From Chlamydiales bacterium (GTDB lineage Bacteria; Chlamydiota; Chlamydiia; Chlamydiales; JAAZZY01): a stretch of 21,736 nt of DNA. The DNA is taken from the NCBI GenBank assembly GCA_965206695.1, contig CBDBKM010000006.1:1-21736 (forward strand), read 5' to 3'. Numbering within the stretch: the stretch's first letter is position 1; the number at the start of each line of letters is the position of its first letter. The position numbers and the translations under genes are program-made. Below are positions 18,118-21,736 of this stretch, one piece after another. The notes under the pieces are model-generated. The model ran no database searches. It was not told where the DNA came from and saw nothing but the letters and a program-made list of their open reading frames with translations.

Positions 18118-21100
18118 TTGGAGCTTGATGTAAAAAATAGAAACTTTTCCCTTTTCAAAGGATGTTTTGTAGAAGCTAGTGCCGGCACCGGAAAAACATA
18201 TTCTATCGAGCATATTGTTCTTAGGCTATTAATTGAGGGCTCAGAACCTTTAAAAATAGATCAAATTTTAGTCGTTACATTTACTCGTGAAGCTACACGA
18301 GAATTAACAGCGAGGATTCGTTCACTAATAGAAAAGACGATTCAATCATTACAATCCTTAGATCAATTACATGATTTGCCGGATTTTTTATTAGCGGTTG
18401 TAGAAAAAAATGAAAGGCATTTTGCCATTAAGTATTTGCAAAATGCATTGTTTTCATTTGATGAAGCAAATATATTTACCATTCATAGTTTTTGTTATCG
18501 TATGCTTCAAGATAATCTTTTAGAAGCAGATTTAGGTGTTAATGTACCCGATCAAGAAGAAATTCCATCCACACTATTTCTTTTGCCAATTATTAAAGAT
18601 TTTATGCGTATCGGTTTGGACACTACAAAATTTAGTCTTGCACAATTAGCGATAGTATTAAAAAACAATGGTTCAGATATTGAAAAATTATCTTATCGAA
18701 TAGCTAAGTACTTATTAAAAGAGACTGAAATACACCCTCTATCTAGTTTTCAAGCTTTGAAGAATCGGTTCTTGCATACAATAGAACAATTGAAAAAAAA
18801 ATACAGCTTTACAGCTGAAAAGATAAAAGAAGATTTTAATGTAATAGCCCCCTTATATAAAGGGATGCATAATAAAAAAAAAGAGATACATTCAAAATAT
18901 ATAAATGAGCTGAAGGCTATTGCTGCATTTTTTACTGAAAAAATATTGGATGACAATATTTTTGAATCCTTACTTAAACAGTATCAATACAATGCTATTA
19001 AGAAAGGTCTTTTTTATCATTTAGAAAATGAAAATCTCACGCAGAAAGCTTTAAAAAATGAGTTTGAGCGGACTCTTAAACTATATTATCCCCAATTCTG
19101 GTCAGTTATTCGTGCTGAATTATTACCCATTATCGAAGAGGCTGTTAATCCGGATTATATCATATTAAGGATGACAAGTGAGTGTAGAAATATGTTTCAG
19201 ACATATTTTAATCAATGGGATCGGATGACAGCAGATGGTATTTTAAAAAGATTTCTAAAAGCTCTTCAATCTAAAAAAGTCACCCTGAAGGTAAATAAGA
19301 AGTATCAAGCAGCTATTGTGGATGAATTTCAGGATACCGATGCATTACAATGGAAGATCTTATCTCGCTTATTTGCAGAAGAAAGTAAAATATTTTATCT
19401 TGTAGGCGATCCTAAGCAAGCGATTTATGCTTTTCGTGATGCTGATATTTATACTTATTTAAGAGCTCAAAATGAATTAAAGACTCAAGAAAGTCTATCA
19501 TTAGATACCAATTACCGTGCTCATAAATATCTGGTAGAGGCTTTAAATGAACTTTTTTCATCTAAAAAATGCCCCTTTTTGATGTCGCTCCCAAAACTAA
19601 AATCAGCGCTTGAAGTTCGCAAGGTAAAATTTAGCGATAAAATAGTAAAAAAAGATTTTTCTGATTCAAGAGGAAGCATTCATTTTATGATAGCTGAGGG
19701 TTCCTATATTCATAAAAGAAAATGGCCAACAGAAGAGGTGGAAAAAGATCGATACCTTTCTTTTATTACGCGAGAAATTCAACGTCTGCATTTTGAAAAT
19801 GACGTCCCTTTAGATGCTTTTGCAATTTTAATTAGAGATCATAATCAAAGGAAAAGAGTTTCTAATTATCTAAACTCATATGGGATCAAATGTAAAACAC
19901 AGCGAGGTGGTAATTTAGCCCGGCTACCTATTATCGAGGCGATGCAAACTATTCTGAGAGCTGTTTTGCATCCACAAGACACAAACATATTAAAGCAAGC
20001 TTTAGGTGGAATGATTTTGGGTTTTAGTCACCAAGATATTTGCCGGCTAAATGAAAAAACATTATCAAAATTAATCACTCAAAATGTTTTTTTAAACAAA
20101 TGCTTGCACACACATGATTTTGCTGCTTTTTTTGAAAAATTCATGAAAACAACATACCTTAATCATTTGCCTGTAGCAGAAAATATTTTAGAAAGAAAAA
20201 ATGGCTTGGACTTCTATCTACAATTACAACAACTATCATCCCTACTAATTGAAATTGAAGCAGAAAAGCATTTAGTCTCTGATAAATTGGTAGACTATTT
20301 GGGTGATCTATCGGCTATTGCAGAGGAAGAAGACCCGAGGCTAACTCTTTGGACGAATCATGATGAAGAAGCAGTGAATATTCTTACTCTTCATGTAAGT
20401 AAAGGGCTTGAATTTGAATTTGTTTTTGGATTAGGACTTACCGTTAGAAATACATTTGAAGAAGGAATAATTAGTGTAGATAAAAACGGAAGCAAAGAAC
20501 TTATTCCGATTGGGATTGATAAGAGTAAACATCTTTTACATTGTCAAGAAATGGATGCAGAGAAAGCTCGGTTATTTTACGTTGCCTTAACTCGAGCCAA
20601 ACAGCGCCTGTACTTACCTATTATGTTAGATAAGAATCAAAAAAAAATAGACTTTGGCGTAGCATCTGCTATGGAGCTATATTTAGCTCAAAGATGTGTG
20701 CCTTATAAAGATTATGAAACTTTATATCAGACGATACAAAGTATTTCAGAAGAGTCGTTGAAAGTTTTTTTTAAAGATATAGAGGTTTCTGATATTACTC
20801 ATACGTATTTAAATGATGAAATACAGATTACAAATAATAGATTACATCAAGATGTTAGCCTTACTTTAAAACCCCCTTATAAATATGTTATAGATCCTAT
20901 TTTTATGCATTCATTTACTTCTATATCACAAATAAATAAAATACATTCAAGACAATTAGACACCCCTCCTCATGATTTTTTAGTTGAAGAAAAAAATATT
21001 CATAACCTGCCTGTGGGAAGCATAACGGGTATTTTATTACACCGCATATTAGAAGAGTTAGATTTTAAAATTATACAAACACTGCAGACAAAGGAAGAGT

Positions 21101-21615
21101 ATTTTGATTTAGTAGATCCTTACACCCAATATACAAGTTATCTAGAATGGACGAAAGTGATATCGGAAATAGTATATGATACTTTTCATACACCCCTAAA
21201 AAGCCGGTATCATTCTTTTGCTTTAAAGGATGTAAATCCTTTTTACATGTATAAAGAATTAGAATTTCTATACCCATATACAAATGAAATTCATTTGGAT
21301 GAAATAGAACTACATAATGGTTTTTTACATGGGTATATCGATCTCATACTAGCTTATAAGGGCTATTATTATATTATTGATTACAAAACAAACTGGCTTG
21401 GTTCTTCTATTGACTCATATAATAGGGATTCCTTAAGCAAATCCATGCAGCAAAATGATTATGAATTACAAGCTGCTATTTATAAAAAAGCTTTAAAAAA
21501 TTATCTGGCTTTAATAGATAAAAGACCATTTGAGCAATGTTTTGGAGGGGTTTTTTATCTTTTTTTAAGAGGCTTAAATTCGAATAATGAATGTGGAATA
21601 TATTATGACAATTAA
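18118..21615 (+). CDS. recB: Exodeoxyribonuclease V beta subunit (helicase/nuclease)
   Basis: EASAGTGKT, VTFTREAT.EL, FTIHSFC, VDEFQDTD, VGDPKQAIY, TNYR, TLHVSKGLEF, YVALTRAK; nuclease motifs GYIDL...IIDYKTN and VFYLFLRG. Confidence 0.96.
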   Translation: MELDVKNRNFSLFKGCFVEASAGTGKTYSIEHIVLRLLIEGSEPLKIDQILVVTFTREATRELTARIRSLIEKTIQSLQSLDQLHDLPDFLLAVVEKNERHFAIKYLQNALFSFDEANIFTIHSFCYRMLQDNLLEADLGVNVPDQEEIPSTLFLLPIIKDFMRIGLDTTKFSLAQLAIVLKNNGSDIEKLSYRIAKYLLKETEIHPLSSFQALKNRFLHTIEQLKKKYSFTAEKIKEDFNVIAPLYKGMHNKKKEIHSKYINELKAIAAFFTEKILDDNIFESLLKQYQYNAIKKGLFYHLENENLTQKALKNEFERTLKLYYPQFWSVIRAELLPIIEEAVNPDYIILRMTSECRNMFQTYFNQWDRMTADGILKRFLKALQSKKVTLKVNKKYQAAIVDEFQDTDALQWKILSRLFAEESKIFYLVGDPKQAIYAFRDADIYTYLRAQNELKTQESLSLDTNYRAHKYLVEALNELFSSKKCPFLMSLPKLKSALEVRKVKFSDKIVKKDFSDSRGSIHFMIAEGSYIHKRKWPTEEVEKDRYLSFITREIQRLHFENDVPLDAFAILIRDHNQRKRVSNYLNSYGIKCKTQRGGNLARLPIIEAMQTILRAVLHPQDTNILKQALGGMILGFSHQDICRLNEKTLSKLITQNVFLNKCLHTHDFAAFFEKFMKTTYLNHLPVAENILERKNGLDFYLQLQQLSSLLIEIEAEKHLVSDKLVDYLGDLSAIAEEEDPRLTLWTNHDEEAVNILTLHVSKGLEFEFVFGLGLTVRNTFEEGIISVDKNGSKELIPIGIDKSKHLLHCQEMDAEKARLFYVALTRAKQRLYLPIMLDKNQKKIDFGVASAMELYLAQRCVPYKDYETLYQTIQSISEESLKVFFKDIEVSDITHTYLNDEIQITNNRLHQDVSLTLKPPYKYVIDPIFMHSFTSISQINKIHSRQLDTPPHDFLVEEKNIHNLPVGSITGILLHRILEELDFKIIQTLQTKEEYFDLVDPYTQYTSYLEWTKVISEIVYDTFHTPLKSRYHSFALKDVNPFYMYKELEFLYPYTNEIHLDEIELHNGFLHGYIDLILAYKGYYYIIDYKTNWLGSSIDSYNRDSLSKSMQQNDYELQAAIYKKALKNYLALIDKRPFEQCFGGVFYLFLRGLNSNNECGIYYDN

Positions 21616-21616
21616 A

Positions 21617-21736
21617 CAAGAAAACCCACCTTTTTAAGGGTGGGATGAAAGTGTCTATTTGTTTTTTTGATGCTGTATATACTTTCTGATTGTATATTCA
21701 TTTAATTTTCCAACACTATCAACATAATAAGACCGT
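21617..21736. mobile_element. End of an IS200/IS605-family element (continues beyond window)
   Basis: Subterminal imperfect hairpin CCCACC-TTTTTAAG-GGTGGG (21625-21644) in an AGAAAA...GATGAA context, immediately followed by the 3' end of a tnpA gene. Confidence 0.8.
21655..21736 (-). CDS. tnpA: IS200/IS605 Y1 (HUH) transposase, C-terminal fragment
   Basis: Minus strand reads RSYYVDSVGKLNEYTIRKYIQHQKNK*, matching the TnpA C-terminus (SYYV.SVG...I.KYI..Q, with the catalytic Tyr). Confidence 0.85.
   Translation of the reverse strand, partial: RSYYVDSVGKLNEYTIRKYIQHQKNK

Noticed and set aside
3425..21283. Small ORFs nested in large genes (3425, 6587, 11106, 11478, 11736, 15097, 18750, 21071)
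   Set aside because: Antisense or alternate-frame shadows of well-supported genes with no motifs.
14615..21615. Absence of recD next to recC-recB as a novelty
   Set aside because: recD is, as recalled, unlinked in Chlamydiae, and the window ends here.
21625..21644. Hairpin as intrinsic terminator of recB
   Set aside because: No U-tract on the + strand; context and the adjacent tnpA identify it as an IS200/IS605 end hairpin.
1..21736. CRISPR array, tRNA or rRNA genes
   Set aside because: No regularly spaced repeats, cloverleaf or rRNA signatures were seen.

Overview
AT-rich chromosomal window that looks like an environmental member of the Chlamydiae (inferred from CT623-type outer-membrane proteins and an LplT/YgeD-type MFS gene divergent from recC-recB). 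In order, it holds: thrS (minus strand, running off the left edge, with one frameshift at ~390); a 971-aa hypothetical protein; an intact IS1634-family element with perfect 16-bp inverted repeats and an AATTAA target duplication; three tandem paralogous beta-barrel outer-membrane proteins; two tandem MFS proteins with degenerate acyltransferase tails; recC; recB; and the end of an IS200/IS605 element with the 3' tail of tnpA. The most interesting signal is not in the ORF track. Between OMP genes 1 and 2 lies a ~351-bp minus-strand element (7908-8258) with an IS605-like left end, a candidate -10 box and a highly structured TnpB omegaRNA-like sequence ending in GTCAA, but no tnpA or tnpB. It is a candidate free-standing guide RNA with enlarged stems and an eroded right-end hairpin. 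Family assignments come from recalled motifs; no database search was run.
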